From contig CANFLX010000008.1 of NCBI GenBank assembly GCA_947447985.1, forward strand, positions 9,161 through 73,160: a DNA stretch of 64,000 nucleotides, written 5' to 3'. A model generated the notes under the pieces. That model was not told where the DNA came from. It saw only the letters and a list, made by a program, of their open reading frames with translations, and ran no database searches. Origin of the DNA: Comamonadaceae bacterium. GTDB lineage: Bacteria > Pseudomonadota > Gammaproteobacteria > Burkholderiales > Burkholderiaceae_C. Below are positions 55,371-64,000 of the stretch, in pieces; position 1 is the stretch's first letter; each line of letters starts with the position of its first letter. A program made the translations under genes and the position numbers.

Positions 55371-55414
55371 CTCAATGCGGGCTATAGCGGGCAATAGCGG
55401 GCTATAGCGGGCTT
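55371..55414. repeat. 10-bp tandem repeat GC(T/A)ATAGCGG x3 with degenerate flanking copies
   Basis: Direct read: ctcaatgcgg gctatagcgg gcaatagcgg gctatagcgg gctttt. The last full copy contains the mltB stop codon. Confidence 0.8.
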
Positions 55415-56460
55415 TTGACTTCCCGCGCCACCGCCTGCCCCAACTCAATCACCGCCATCGCGTAAAAGCTGCTCCAGTTGTAGCGGGTGATGGTGTAGAA
55501 GTTGTCGGTGCCCGCCACGTACTGCGTGGGGCGCTCGCCGTTGGGGAGTTCGATCAGAGCCAGCAAGCCCGGATGCTGGTCGCCACCCTCACCCAGCGCC
55601 ACGCCTTTCTCTCGAAGACCTGCAGGCTTGAGGCTGGGAACAATGTCGTTTTGCAGCAGGCTGGGCAGGTCCACTTTTTGGGCGTCGAATTGCACCGGGT
55701 AGTGGGTCGGCAAGCCCGCCTTCCAATGAAACGCGGCCAGGTAGTGCGCGACCGAGCCGATCGCATCGGCCGGGCTTCCAAAGAGGTCGATGCGGCCGTC
55801 GCCGTCAAAGTCCACCGCGTACTGTCGCCAGCTTGAGGGCATGAACTGTGCCATGCCCATGGCCCCGGCGTAGCTGCCGCGCACGCTCACGGGGTCGCGG
55901 CCCTGGGCTTTGCACAGACGCAAAAACTCTTCGAGCTCTTGCAAAAAATAGGCAGATCGCTGCGCCGCCTTCGGGTGGGCGGCAGGAAAGTCAAACGCCA
56001 AGGTGCTGAGCGCGTCTATGGTGCGGTAGCCGCCCATTTGTTTGCCGTAAATGGTCTCGATCCCCAGAATGCCGACGATGGTTGCGGCGCTGACGCCCGT
56101 TTCATGCTCAGCCCGCGCCAGGGTGGCAGCGTTGTGCTGCCAAAAGCGCACGCCCGCTGCGATGCGCGTGGGCTCTACCACCCGACTTCGGTACAGCGTC
56201 CAATCCCGTGCCGCCGATGCTTGCCCCGGCGTGACCGCCTTGATGATGCCAGGCATGCGCTTGGCTTTGCCGATCACGCTGCGCACCCACGCCGGGCGCA
56301 TACCCATGCGCTGGGCCATGGCAGTGGCCTCGGCCATGGCCGCAGGGTTGTTTTTGTAGCTGGCGTTGGTATCGACCGCCGGGCGCTTGGCTGCGCTGAC
56401 CGGGCCTGCAGGTAACAGCAGGCAGCAGGCAAAGGCAATGCAAATCAGTCGGGAGGTCAA
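55402..56460 (-). CDS. mltB: Lytic murein transglycosylase B family
   Basis: Signal peptide. GILGIETIYG, GSYAGAMGMAQFMPSSW, DFDGDGRIDL. Confidence 0.85.
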   Translation of the reverse strand: MTSRLICIAFACCLLLPAGPVSAAKRPAVDTNASYKNNPAAMAEATAMAQRMGMRPAWVRSVIGKAKRMPGIIKAVTPGQASAARDWTLYRSRVVEPTRIAAGVRFWQHNAATLARAEHETGVSAATIVGILGIETIYGKQMGGYRTIDALSTLAFDFPAAHPKAAQRSAYFLQELEEFLRLCKAQGRDPVSVRGSYAGAMGMAQFMPSSWRQYAVDFDGDGRIDLFGSPADAIGSVAHYLAAFHWKAGLPTHYPVQFDAQKVDLPSLLQNDIVPSLKPAGLREKGVALGEGGDQHPGLLALIELPNGERPTQYVAGTDNFYTITRYNWSSFYAMAVIELGQAVAREVKSPL

Positions 56461-56602
56461 GGCGCGTTAGGGGCAAAGAAAACCAGGGAAATCCAGCACT
56501 GTCGTGGCGGCGCAAACCCTTCTCACGGGAGGGCGCGTGGTAAGCTAAATTGCTTTCTTGGCTCGCGGCACCACGCGGATCGGGGCAGTGAGCGACCATA
56601 CC

Positions 56603-57556
56603 ATGCATAAAACTGGCTATTACTTCCATCCCCTCTTCCGCAAGCATGAGATGGGTGCGGGGCACCCTGAGTGCCCAGAGCGCCTGGACGCCATCAACGA
56701 TTGGCTACTGGCGACCGGGGTTTTGGATGCCTTGCACCAGGTCCAGGCGCCCCCTGCGCCGATCTCTGATTTGGAATTGGCCCACGGTCGCATGCATATC
56801 GCGGCTATTCGCGGGCTCACCGATGGATTGCGCGAAGAAATCGACGCTGGTGGTCCCACGCACGCTCAGATTGACCCGGACACCAGCCTCAATGTGCACA
56901 CCTGGGACGCGGCCCTGTGCGCGGCGGGTGCGGCATTGGCAGCCACCGATGCCGTGATGGCGGGCGAGCTGGAAAATGCGTTTTGCGCCGTGCGGCCACC
57001 GGGCCACCATGCCTGCCACGACAAAGCCATGGGTTTTTGCTTTTTTAACAACGTGGCCATCGCGGCCCGCTATGCGCTGGAGCGCCACGGACTGCATCGG
57101 GTGGCCATCATCGACTTCGATGTGCACCACGGCAATGGCACCGAAGACATCGTCGCGGGCGACCCGCGCATCCTGATGGCGAGTTTCTTTCAACACCCGT
57201 TTTATCCGCATGGCGGCGCGCAGTCTGACGCAGCTAACCTGGTCAATGTGCCGTTGCCCGCTTATTCCAAGGGTGATGCCGTGCGTGCAGTGGTCCAGGA
57301 CCACTGGTTGCCCCGCTTGGAAGCCTTTGCGCCCGAAATGGTGTTTATCAGCGCAGGCTTTGATGCCCACCGCGAAGACGAGATGGGACAGATGGGCTTG
57401 GTCGAGGCCGACTACGCCTGGATGACCGAGCAGATCAAAGCCGTGGCGCAGCGCCATGCCAAGGGTCGCATCGTGTCCTGTCTGGAAGGTGGCTACCACC
57501 TGGACGCGTTGGCTCGCAGTGTGGCGGCGCATGTCAGGGTGTTGGCCGATGTCTAG
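56603..57556 (+). CDS. Histone deacetylase-family amidohydrolase (HDAC/acetylpolyamine amidohydrolase-like)
   Basis: Start set at ATG 56603. RPPGHHA, IIDFDVHHGNGT, SAGFDAH, LEGGY. Confidence 0.9.
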   Translation: MHKTGYYFHPLFRKHEMGAGHPECPERLDAINDWLLATGVLDALHQVQAPPAPISDLELAHGRMHIAAIRGLTDGLREEIDAGGPTHAQIDPDTSLNVHTWDAALCAAGAALAATDAVMAGELENAFCAVRPPGHHACHDKAMGFCFFNNVAIAARYALERHGLHRVAIIDFDVHHGNGTEDIVAGDPRILMASFFQHPFYPHGGAQSDAANLVNVPLPAYSKGDAVRAVVQDHWLPRLEAFAPEMVFISAGFDAHREDEMGQMGLVEADYAWMTEQIKAVAQRHAKGRIVSCLEGGYHLDALARSVAAHVRVLADV

Positions 57557-58850
57557 CACGCACACCCGTATTCCCCAGCCGATCGACGACTTTGTGGGCT
57601 GGCTGAGCGCCTTTTCTCAGCCCAGCGTTCTGTTGGAACTGGCCGCGCTGGCGCTGTGCGCACTCTTGGCCTGGGGCGTGGTGCGCATGCTGCGCCAGGC
57701 GGTGGGACGCGATGAGCGCTCGGTGATGTTTGGCCGCAAAGACATCGACGGCGTGCTCTTCCCCTTGCTGCTGCTGTGTCTGGGCTATGGCGCGCGCGAG
57801 GTGCTGGACCGCTTTGTCAATGTCGCGGTGCTGGATGTGGGGGTTCCGGCCTTGATGGCACTGGTCGCCATTCGCACGGGTGTGAAGGTCTTGCAAATCG
57901 TGTTTTCGCAGTCGCGCTGGGCGCGTGCGATGGAGCAGACGATTTCCTGGTTGGTCTGGCTGGTCTTGGTCTTGTGGGTCAGCGGCCTGTTGCCGGCGAT
58001 TTTGAATGCGCTGGACCAGATCGGCTGGACGGTGGGCAATACCCATTTGTCGGTACGCAAGATCGTCGAGGGTCTGCTCACGGCCAGCGTGGTATTGATA
58101 TTGACGCTGTGGATGTCTGCCGGCATCGAGGCGCGCCTGCTGCGTTCGGCCACCGGCGATGAACTGTCATTGCGCAAGGCCGCCAGCAATGCCGCGCGTG
58201 CCTTGCTCTTGTTTGTGGGCTTGATGGTGGCGCTGTCGGCGGTCGGAATCGATCTGACGGCGCTCTCCGTGCTCGGTGGCGCCTTGGGCGTTGGCATTGG
58301 TTTTGGCTTGCAAAAGGTGGCGGCCAATTACGTGAGTGGTTTCGTCATCCTGACCGAGCGCAATTTGCGTATCGGCGACTATGTGCGGGTGGAAAACTTT
58401 GAGGGCAAGATCACCCAAATCAATGCGCGCTACACCGTGGTGCGCTCGCCCACGGGGCGTGAATCCATCGTGCCCAATGAGACTCTGATCAGCACCCGTG
58501 TCGAAAACCTGTCCTTGGCCGATGCCGTGGTCGCCCAAAGCACGCAGGTGCAAGTGGCCTATGGCAGCGATGTGCAGCAGGTGATGGTCGCCCTGATTAC
58601 CGCTGCCACCGCGCAGCCCCGTGTCTTGAAAGACCCCGCACCGTCGGTGCAGCTGTCCCAGTTTGCCGCGGAGGGCATGGAGTTCACCTTGCTGTACTGG
58701 ATCAACGACCCCAATGAAGGGCAGGGTAATTTGCGCTCCGACATCAATTTGGCACTTTTGCAAAACCTGCGCCAACTGGGCATTGGCATGGCAGCCCCGC
58801 CCCGTGCGGCGACGGTACCCGGGGCAGTCAACCCTACGCCGATGGTGTGA
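57549..58850 (+). CDS. MscS-family mechanosensitive channel
   Basis: Start set at ATG 57549, overlapping the HDAC gene by 8 nt. GALGVGIGFGLQKVAANYVSGFVILTERNLRIGDYV is the MscS TM3/beta-domain signature. Confidence 0.85.
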   Translation: MSSTHTRIPQPIDDFVGWLSAFSQPSVLLELAALALCALLAWGVVRMLRQAVGRDERSVMFGRKDIDGVLFPLLLLCLGYGAREVLDRFVNVAVLDVGVPALMALVAIRTGVKVLQIVFSQSRWARAMEQTISWLVWLVLVLWVSGLLPAILNALDQIGWTVGNTHLSVRKIVEGLLTASVVLILTLWMSAGIEARLLRSATGDELSLRKAASNAARALLLFVGLMVALSAVGIDLTALSVLGGALGVGIGFGLQKVAANYVSGFVILTERNLRIGDYVRVENFEGKITQINARYTVVRSPTGRESIVPNETLISTRVENLSLADAVVAQSTQVQVAYGSDVQQVMVALITAATAQPRVLKDPAPSVQLSQFAAEGMEFTLLYWINDPNEGQGNLRSDINLALLQNLRQLGIGMAAPPRAATVPGAVNPTPMV

Positions 58851-58934
58851 TTTTTGGCACTGCAGACCAAAACGCCGTACACTTGTGTATTGAAGGCCGT
58901 GCGCGGCATTGCATTGAATCAAGGATGACTTGCT

Positions 58935-59765
58935 ATGACTGATTTGGTAGTCCGAAAACTATTGGTGGACCTGAGCGCTCCGTTTCCCGCGCGGTGGAAT
59001 GGCGGTGATGCGTTCCGCTCGGCTTTTTTTAGCGCTTTGTCGATGAGCTTCCCGGTGGGTGAGCAGTTCTTTATGGACTCGGTGCGCGCGGGATTCAAAA
59101 CGCTGCCGGACGACAGAAGAGCCCAATTGGCAGCAGAGGTGCAGGGCTTTGTCGGCCAGGAAGCCACGCACCGGCGCATCCATGCGCTGTTCAACGGGCA
59201 TTTAGACCGTTTGGGCTTCACCAACGCCATGGAGCAGCGGGCGATTCGCCGGATTAAAAAGCAAGCCCATTTGCCGGCCCGTATGCATGTGGCGGGCACC
59301 GCCGCCACCGAGCATTTCACCGCCCTGTTTGCCGACTGGATGCTGCGCCACCCTGAGGCACTCGAAGGCGCCGAGGAGCGTCTGCAAACCCTGTGGCTGT
59401 GGCACAGCGCCGAAGAGTCCGAGCACCGCAGTACCGCTTTCAACATTTACCAGGCCATGGGTGGCAGCCAGCGCACACGCGTGCGGGTGTTCCACTATGT
59501 GACGGTGATTTTCATGTACGACCTGTTTTGCCAAACGGTGCGCAATCTGTGGCACGACCGCGCTTTGTTCAAGCTGAGCACCTGGCGCAGTGCCTGGAAG
59601 TTGTTGTTTGCCAAAGACGGCATGCTGCGCGGCAACGTGGCGCAATGGCGTGATTACCTGCGCGAAGACTTCCACCCGGAACAACATGACGCCAGCCGCT
59701 CGCAAGCCTGGTTGCGCGACAACACCCGCTTTTTCACACCGGTGTCTACCCCCGTTTCCGCCTGA
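58935..59765 (+). CDS. Predicted metal-dependent hydrolase family (PF10118-like) with two ExxH motifs
   Basis: FFSALSMSFPVGEQFF, GQEATHRRIH and WHSAEESEHRSTAF. The family assignment is from memory; the paired ExxH motifs are read directly. Confidence 0.6.
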   Translation: MTDLVVRKLLVDLSAPFPARWNGGDAFRSAFFSALSMSFPVGEQFFMDSVRAGFKTLPDDRRAQLAAEVQGFVGQEATHRRIHALFNGHLDRLGFTNAMEQRAIRRIKKQAHLPARMHVAGTAATEHFTALFADWMLRHPEALEGAEERLQTLWLWHSAEESEHRSTAFNIYQAMGGSQRTRVRVFHYVTVIFMYDLFCQTVRNLWHDRALFKLSTWRSAWKLLFAKDGMLRGNVAQWRDYLREDFHPEQHDASRSQAWLRDNTRFFTPVSTPVSA

Positions 59766-59780
59766 TCAAGGAGGGTCTGC

Positions 59781-60395
59781 ATGACCTATCACGCCGTCGT
59801 GGTCGCGATTGCTGTCGCCCTGTATTTGATGTTTGTCTGGTGGTACGGTGGCAAGGGCAAGCCCCTGAGCGCTGAGGAAAAAGCGTATTTCATCGCCGAG
59901 TTTCAAAAGCGCGTGCAGGGCACGGGGGAAGAGGGTCTGGTCGACGAGGCCCAGCAACTCATGGCCAGCGACGATGGCAAAGATTTTGTCATGCACAACT
60001 GTGTGCGCTACCGCTCCAAGGCCCTGTATCCGCCAGGCCACCATTACAGCGACGACCCGCGCGAAGCCGATAAGCGCTACGGCAAGGCCATCATTCCTCA
60101 CCTGCTGCGCCGCGCTTGCATGCCGGTGTTTATCGCCCGGCGCAGTGGGCGATTCATCGACTGCCCAGGCGTGCCGGACTGGCACTATGTGGCCATGGTG
60201 CGCTACCGCAGCCAGCGCGATTTTTTCAACTTTGCGCTGGCCATTAGCGACACCGGCATCGACGTGCACAAGTGGGCGGCCATTGAGCAAACCGTCGTTT
60301 TTCCGGTCAAACCCATCGTGAGCTTTATCACCGTGCGTATCCTAGCGGGCGGCTTGTTGGCCTTGGCAACCGCAGTCTTGATCACCCTCACATGA
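59781..60395 (+). CDS. Hypothetical protein with N- and C-terminal TM helices
   Basis: MTYHAVVVAIAVALYLMFVWW at the N-terminus and ILAGGLLALATAVLITL at the C-terminus. I do not recognise the central ~150 aa. Its stop overlaps the next ATG. Confidence 0.5.
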   Translation: MTYHAVVVAIAVALYLMFVWWYGGKGKPLSAEEKAYFIAEFQKRVQGTGEEGLVDEAQQLMASDDGKDFVMHNCVRYRSKALYPPGHHYSDDPREADKRYGKAIIPHLLRRACMPVFIARRSGRFIDCPGVPDWHYVAMVRYRSQRDFFNFALAISDTGIDVHKWAAIEQTVVFPVKPIVSFITVRILAGGLLALATAVLITLT

Positions 60396-61429
60396 TGGCC
60401 TTGCCCGTCGCTTTCAAAGGAGCGCCCGGCTCGCCCTATACGCGCAAGATGATGGCGGTCCTGCGCTACCGCCGCATCCCTTACCGCTATTTGCTGGGGA
60501 GCGCCGCCGACAAAGCGGGCATGCCCAAGCCCAAGGTTGAACTGCTGCCGACGTTTTATTTGCCAGACGCCCAGGGCGTGCTGGAAGCTGTTACCGACTC
60601 CACCCCCTTGATTCGCCGGTTCGAGAAAGACGTTGCGGGCCGCAATGTGATTCCGCCAGACCCGGTGCTCGCCTTGATCGACGCCGTGCTGGAAGACTTT
60701 GCGGACGAATGGGTCACCAAGGCCATGTTCCATTACCGCTGGGTGTTCGCGGACGCCATCGCCAAGGCCGGTGCGGTTCTTCCGGTGCACTTTGTGGGCA
60801 TCACTGCCAGCCCAAGCGTTCTGGACACCGCGCAAACGCAATTTGCCCAGCGCCAGATATCTCGCTTGGCCGTGGTCGGCTCTAACCAGCACACCGCAGC
60901 GATCATCGAGTCTGGCTATGAGCGCTTGGTGGACTTGCTGGACGCCCATTTGCAGACGCAAGCATTTTTGATGGGGCAGCGCCCTGGTGCGAGTGATTTC
61001 GCCTTGTATGGCCAGCTGACGCAACTGGCGCATTTCGATCCCGTGTCGGCGGCGCTGACTCTGGAGCGCTCGCGCCGCGTCTTTGCGTGGGTAGAAATGC
61101 TGGAGGATCTCTCCGGTCTGGAGCCTATGGAAGGCGACTGGGCGGGTGCCGACGCGCTCTCGCCCACCTTGCTCGCACTGTTGAGCGAACTGTCGCAAGG
61201 CTATTTGCCCGTGCTGTTGGCCAATGCCCGTGCGTTGGCGCAGGCTGAAAAACAGATGAGCGTCGACTTGCCCAGCGGGCGCTGGCAGCAGGCGGTCGTG
61301 CCGTACCAGGCCAAATGCCTGCGCTGCTTGCGCGAACAGTTTGCAGCGCTTGATGAAAAAGCCCAGGCCCGCGCCCAGGCGATTTTTGAAGCCACGGGTC
61401 TGACCGACCTGATTTATGCTTCGGTATAA
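60392..61429 (+). CDS. Glutathione S-transferase-like protein
   Basis: N-terminal thioredoxin-like GSPYTRKMMAVLRYRRIPY and a GST_C-like FLMGQRPGASDFALYGQL. Confidence 0.65.
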   Translation: MMALPVAFKGAPGSPYTRKMMAVLRYRRIPYRYLLGSAADKAGMPKPKVELLPTFYLPDAQGVLEAVTDSTPLIRRFEKDVAGRNVIPPDPVLALIDAVLEDFADEWVTKAMFHYRWVFADAIAKAGAVLPVHFVGITASPSVLDTAQTQFAQRQISRLAVVGSNQHTAAIIESGYERLVDLLDAHLQTQAFLMGQRPGASDFALYGQLTQLAHFDPVSAALTLERSRRVFAWVEMLEDLSGLEPMEGDWAGADALSPTLLALLSELSQGYLPVLLANARALAQAEKQMSVDLPSGRWQQAVVPYQAKCLRCLREQFAALDEKAQARAQAIFEATGLTDLIYASV

Positions 61430-61477
61430 AGCCGCCTAGACACCGGCACACCCAGCCCCGACGAGGAGACAAAAAAT

Positions 61478-63142
61478 ATGAAAACCCAACATAAATGGGG
61501 TCTGGCGCTGCTAGGCCTGATCGCGCTCAGCGCCTTGGCGTATGCCAACCGGATTTACGTGCTGCAGTATTCGCTGGGCTGGTACACCGACATTCGCCAT
61601 CCGCGCGATGCCTACCAAGAGGCGCCATGGGTGCAAGGTCCGCAGGCGCCCACCGCGCCCGTGGCGCAGCGTGCACCCAACATCATTTTTATTCTGGCCG
61701 ACGACCTGGGCATCAACGACATCACCGCTGGCGGCGGCGGCCGCGCAGCCCAGGGCGTGCCGACGCCCAACATCGACTCGATTGCGCAGGAGGGTGTGCG
61801 CTTTGACCAAGGTTATGCGGGCAGCGCGGTCTGCACGGTGTCGCGTGCAGCCTTGATGACGGGTCGCTACCCTTGGCGATTTGGTGTGGAATTCACACCC
61901 ACGCCAGGCGCCATGGCCCGTGTGGCTGGGGAGTTGTATGCTGACCCCAACCGAAGCCGGAAAGTCATGATCGACAAAGAGGCTGCCAAGGGCGCCAAAG
62001 ATTTCAATGATCTGGGCATGCCGCCCACTGAAATCACCATGGCCAAGGCGCTCAAAGAGCGTGGCTACCACACGCTGCACATCGGCAAGTGGCACCTGGG
62101 CAGCACGCCCGAGATGCGCCCTGGCAACCAAGGATTTGACGAGAGCCTGTTTATGGAAAGTGGGCTCTACCTGCCGCAGAACGACCCGCGGGTGGTGAAC
62201 TCCAAGCAGGACTTCGACCCCATCGACAAATTTCTGTGGCCCAACATGCGCTTTGGTGTGAGCTACAACGCGGGGCATTGGTTTGAGCCCAATAAATACC
62301 TGACCGACTACTTCACTGACGAGGCCGTCACCGCCATCCACCGCAACAAGAACCAGCCCTTCTTCCTGTATCTGGCGCACTGGGGCGTGCACACGCCTTT
62401 GCAAGCCAGCAAAGAGGACTACGACGCGCTTCCGCAAATTACCAACCACCGCGAGCGGGTGTATGCCGCCATGGTGCGATCCGTCGATCGCAGCGTAGGT
62501 CGCGTCCTCCAAGCGCTCAAAGACGATGGCCTCGATCAAAACACGTTGGTGATTTTTGCCAGTGACAACGGCGCACCGGGCTACACCGGCCTGCGGGATG
62601 TCAACCAACCCTACCGGGGCTGGAAGCTCACTTTCTTTGAAGGCGGCTTGCGCGTGCCCTACGTGGCGAAGTGGCCCGGTCATATTGCTGCGGGAACCCA
62701 ATATGCCCAGCCCGTCACCAACATCGACATGATGCCGACCATGGTGGCCGCAGCGGGCGGAAAAATGCCCACCGACCGGGTGATTGATGGCGTGAATTTG
62801 CTTCCCTATTTGAGCGCCAAGCCGCAAGTACAAGCACAACGCAGCTTGTTCTGGCGCGATGGTCCTTACCGCGCCGTACGCCATGGCGCATGGAAGCTGA
62901 TTGCCTCGGAGCTGCCGCGCAAAGACTGGCTTTTCAACCTGGCCACCGATCCGACCGAGAAGGTGAATCTGGCCGAGCGTGAGCCCCAAAAGTTGGCTGA
63001 GCTCAAAGCCGAGCTGGCAGCCCACCACGCCGATATGCCGCCGTCCCGCTGGTCGTCCTTTATCGCGATGCCCATCAGCATCGACAAGACGCTGGACCAG
63101 CCCGAGGCACCGGGTGACGAATACACCTACTGGTACAACTAG
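61478..63142 (+). CDS. Sulfatase (alkaline-phosphatase superfamily) with N-terminal anchor or signal
   Basis: PNIIFILADDLG, the active-site segment AVCTVSRAALMTGRY, GKWHLG, SDNGAP. Confidence 0.85.
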   Translation: MKTQHKWGLALLGLIALSALAYANRIYVLQYSLGWYTDIRHPRDAYQEAPWVQGPQAPTAPVAQRAPNIIFILADDLGINDITAGGGGRAAQGVPTPNIDSIAQEGVRFDQGYAGSAVCTVSRAALMTGRYPWRFGVEFTPTPGAMARVAGELYADPNRSRKVMIDKEAAKGAKDFNDLGMPPTEITMAKALKERGYHTLHIGKWHLGSTPEMRPGNQGFDESLFMESGLYLPQNDPRVVNSKQDFDPIDKFLWPNMRFGVSYNAGHWFEPNKYLTDYFTDEAVTAIHRNKNQPFFLYLAHWGVHTPLQASKEDYDALPQITNHRERVYAAMVRSVDRSVGRVLQALKDDGLDQNTLVIFASDNGAPGYTGLRDVNQPYRGWKLTFFEGGLRVPYVAKWPGHIAAGTQYAQPVTNIDMMPTMVAAAGGKMPTDRVIDGVNLLPYLSAKPQVQAQRSLFWRDGPYRAVRHGAWKLIASELPRKDWLFNLATDPTEKVNLAEREPQKLAELKAELAAHHADMPPSRWSSFIAMPISIDKTLDQPEAPGDEYTYWYN

Positions 63143-63146
63143 CCGC

Positions 63147-64000
63147 ATGACGGCCACGTGGCGGCGCGGGGCGCTGTTCCTGCTTGCAGCTGTGCTAGTG
63201 GCGGGCGCCGCTTTGTGGTGGGCCGCGCGCCACACTGAGCAATTGCACCAACAAGAGCGGCTGGTGTGCGCACTACCGCCGCAGGCGGCAGGCAGTCCCC
63301 ATCCCGGCATGGTGTGGGTGCCTGGTGGAACGCTGTCGCTGGGTGACTCGGTCTATGCCGAAGAAATGCCGGTGCGCCCGGTCAAGGTGAACGGCTTTTG
63401 GCTGGACCGCACCGAAGTGACCAACGACCAATTCGCCGCTTTTGTGCAGGCGACGGGCTACCGCACGGTTGCAGAGCGTGCAGTCGATGCCTCGCTGCAT
63501 CCGGAGTTACCGGCCGACATGCGCTTGCCAGGCGCAGTGGTGTTTATCAGCCCGACCAGTGTGTCGGGTCAGGGCAGCCCCACCCAGTGGTGGCGTTATG
63601 TGCCGGGCGCCGATTGGCGCCACCCCGGCGGCCCGCAAACCAGCATCGAAGGACGTGGTGCCTTCGCGGTGGTGAACGTCACGATCGAAGACGCCCAGGC
63701 CTATGCCCGCTGGAAGGGCGCAGTGATTCCCTCAGAAGCCCAATGGGAATGGGCGGCGCGTGGGGCCAACTCACAAGCCGCCCCTGTGCACGAACAACCG
63801 CGCCAGGCCAATACCTGGCAAGGCCTGTTTCCTGTGGCCAATTCAGCCGAGGACGGATTTGTCGGGCTGGCGCCGGTCGGCTGCTTCCAGCCCAATGCGC
63901 TGGGTCTGTTTGACATGATTGGCAACGCTTGGGAGCTGACGCGCGATGTCTACACCGCCAACCACACAGCACTTGTACCGGAAGGTGATGTGGATCCGGG
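63147..64000 (+). CDS. Formylglycine-generating enzyme (SUMF1/FGE) family protein, 3' end outside window
   Basis: Own translation from ATG 63147: MTATWRRGALFLLAAVLVAGA...HPGMVWVPGGTLSLGDSVYAEEMPVRPVKVNGFWLDRTEVTNDQFAAFVQATGYRT. The frame stays open to the window end and is not in the ORF track. Confidence 0.8.
   Translation, partial: MTATWRRGALFLLAAVLVAGAALWWAARHTEQLHQQERLVCALPPQAAGSPHPGMVWVPGGTLSLGDSVYAEEMPVRPVKVNGFWLDRTEVTNDQFAAFVQATGYRTVAERAVDASLHPELPADMRLPGAVVFISPTSVSGQGSPTQWWRYVPGADWRHPGGPQTSIEGRGAFAVVNVTIEDAQAYARWKGAVIPSEAQWEWAARGANSQAAPVHEQPRQANTWQGLFPVANSAEDGFVGLAPVGCFQPNALGLFDMIGNAWELTRDVYTANHTALVPEGDVDP

Noticed and set aside
55371-55414. I considered the 10-bp tandem repeat as a CRISPR-like or minisatellite array.
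   Set aside because: The units are contiguous with no spacers, only about 3-4 copies are present, and no cas genes are nearby. It is kept only as a simple tandem repeat.
61511-63310. A 599-aa ORF lies antisense to the sulfatase gene.
   Set aside because: It is a shadow ORF. The sulfatase motifs on the plus strand are clear.

Overview
This is a GC-rich, densely coding chromosomal segment with about 60 CDS. I found no rRNA, tRNA, CRISPR array, transposase or integrase. The gene order looks betaproteobacterial, probably Burkholderiales or Comamonadaceae; that placement is an inference from synteny and protein motifs only.

Housekeeping blocks:
- ybhP-clsB
- yebC, moeB and ctp, followed by gpmA divergent from rhodanese-grxC-secB-gpsA
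- purM, perM, hda, a HAD hydrolase and pcnB-folK
- comEC and mltB

Non-housekeeping content, in window order:
1. A clear two-aptamer glycine riboswitch (1298-1503, minus strand) leads a DadA-family FAD oxidoreductase.
2. folE is tightly coupled to a stand-alone BLUF photoreceptor, followed by a DUF429-like gene.
3. A secreted S1/P1 nuclease, an MFS transporter and a thioredoxin-like protein form an apparent operon.
4. A visibly lower-GC glycosylation island lies at about 15.0-23.0 kb. It holds GT2, GT1, ugd, a TPR-GT41 protein and three orphan proteins, and it has no polysaccharide export or polymerisation genes.
5. A cyanophycin locus carries two tandem cphA paralogs, and the upstream one has a visibly dead, truncated Mur-ligase-like domain. 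The operon runs on into yghU and an orphan gene. Divergent from it are an ABC exporter with a roughly 170-aa N-terminal extension, a DUF1854 protein, a membrane orphan and cytochrome c'.
6. A six-gene oxidoreductase operon of unknown substrate sits next to a divergent MocR regulator.
7. A circularly permuted ATP-grasp plus alpha-E pair lacks its usual transglutaminase partner.
8. An HDAC-like gene overlaps an MscS-family gene.
9. A trio encodes a protein with two ExxH motifs, a membrane protein and a GST-like protein.
10. A sulfatase with a non-canonical CTVSR site sits next to an FGE gene.

My best candidates for an experimentally undescribed system are the cyanophycin-linked ABC/DUF1854 module together with the degenerate CphA paralog, and the exporter-less glycosylation island. 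All functional calls come from reading motifs by eye. No database search was run.
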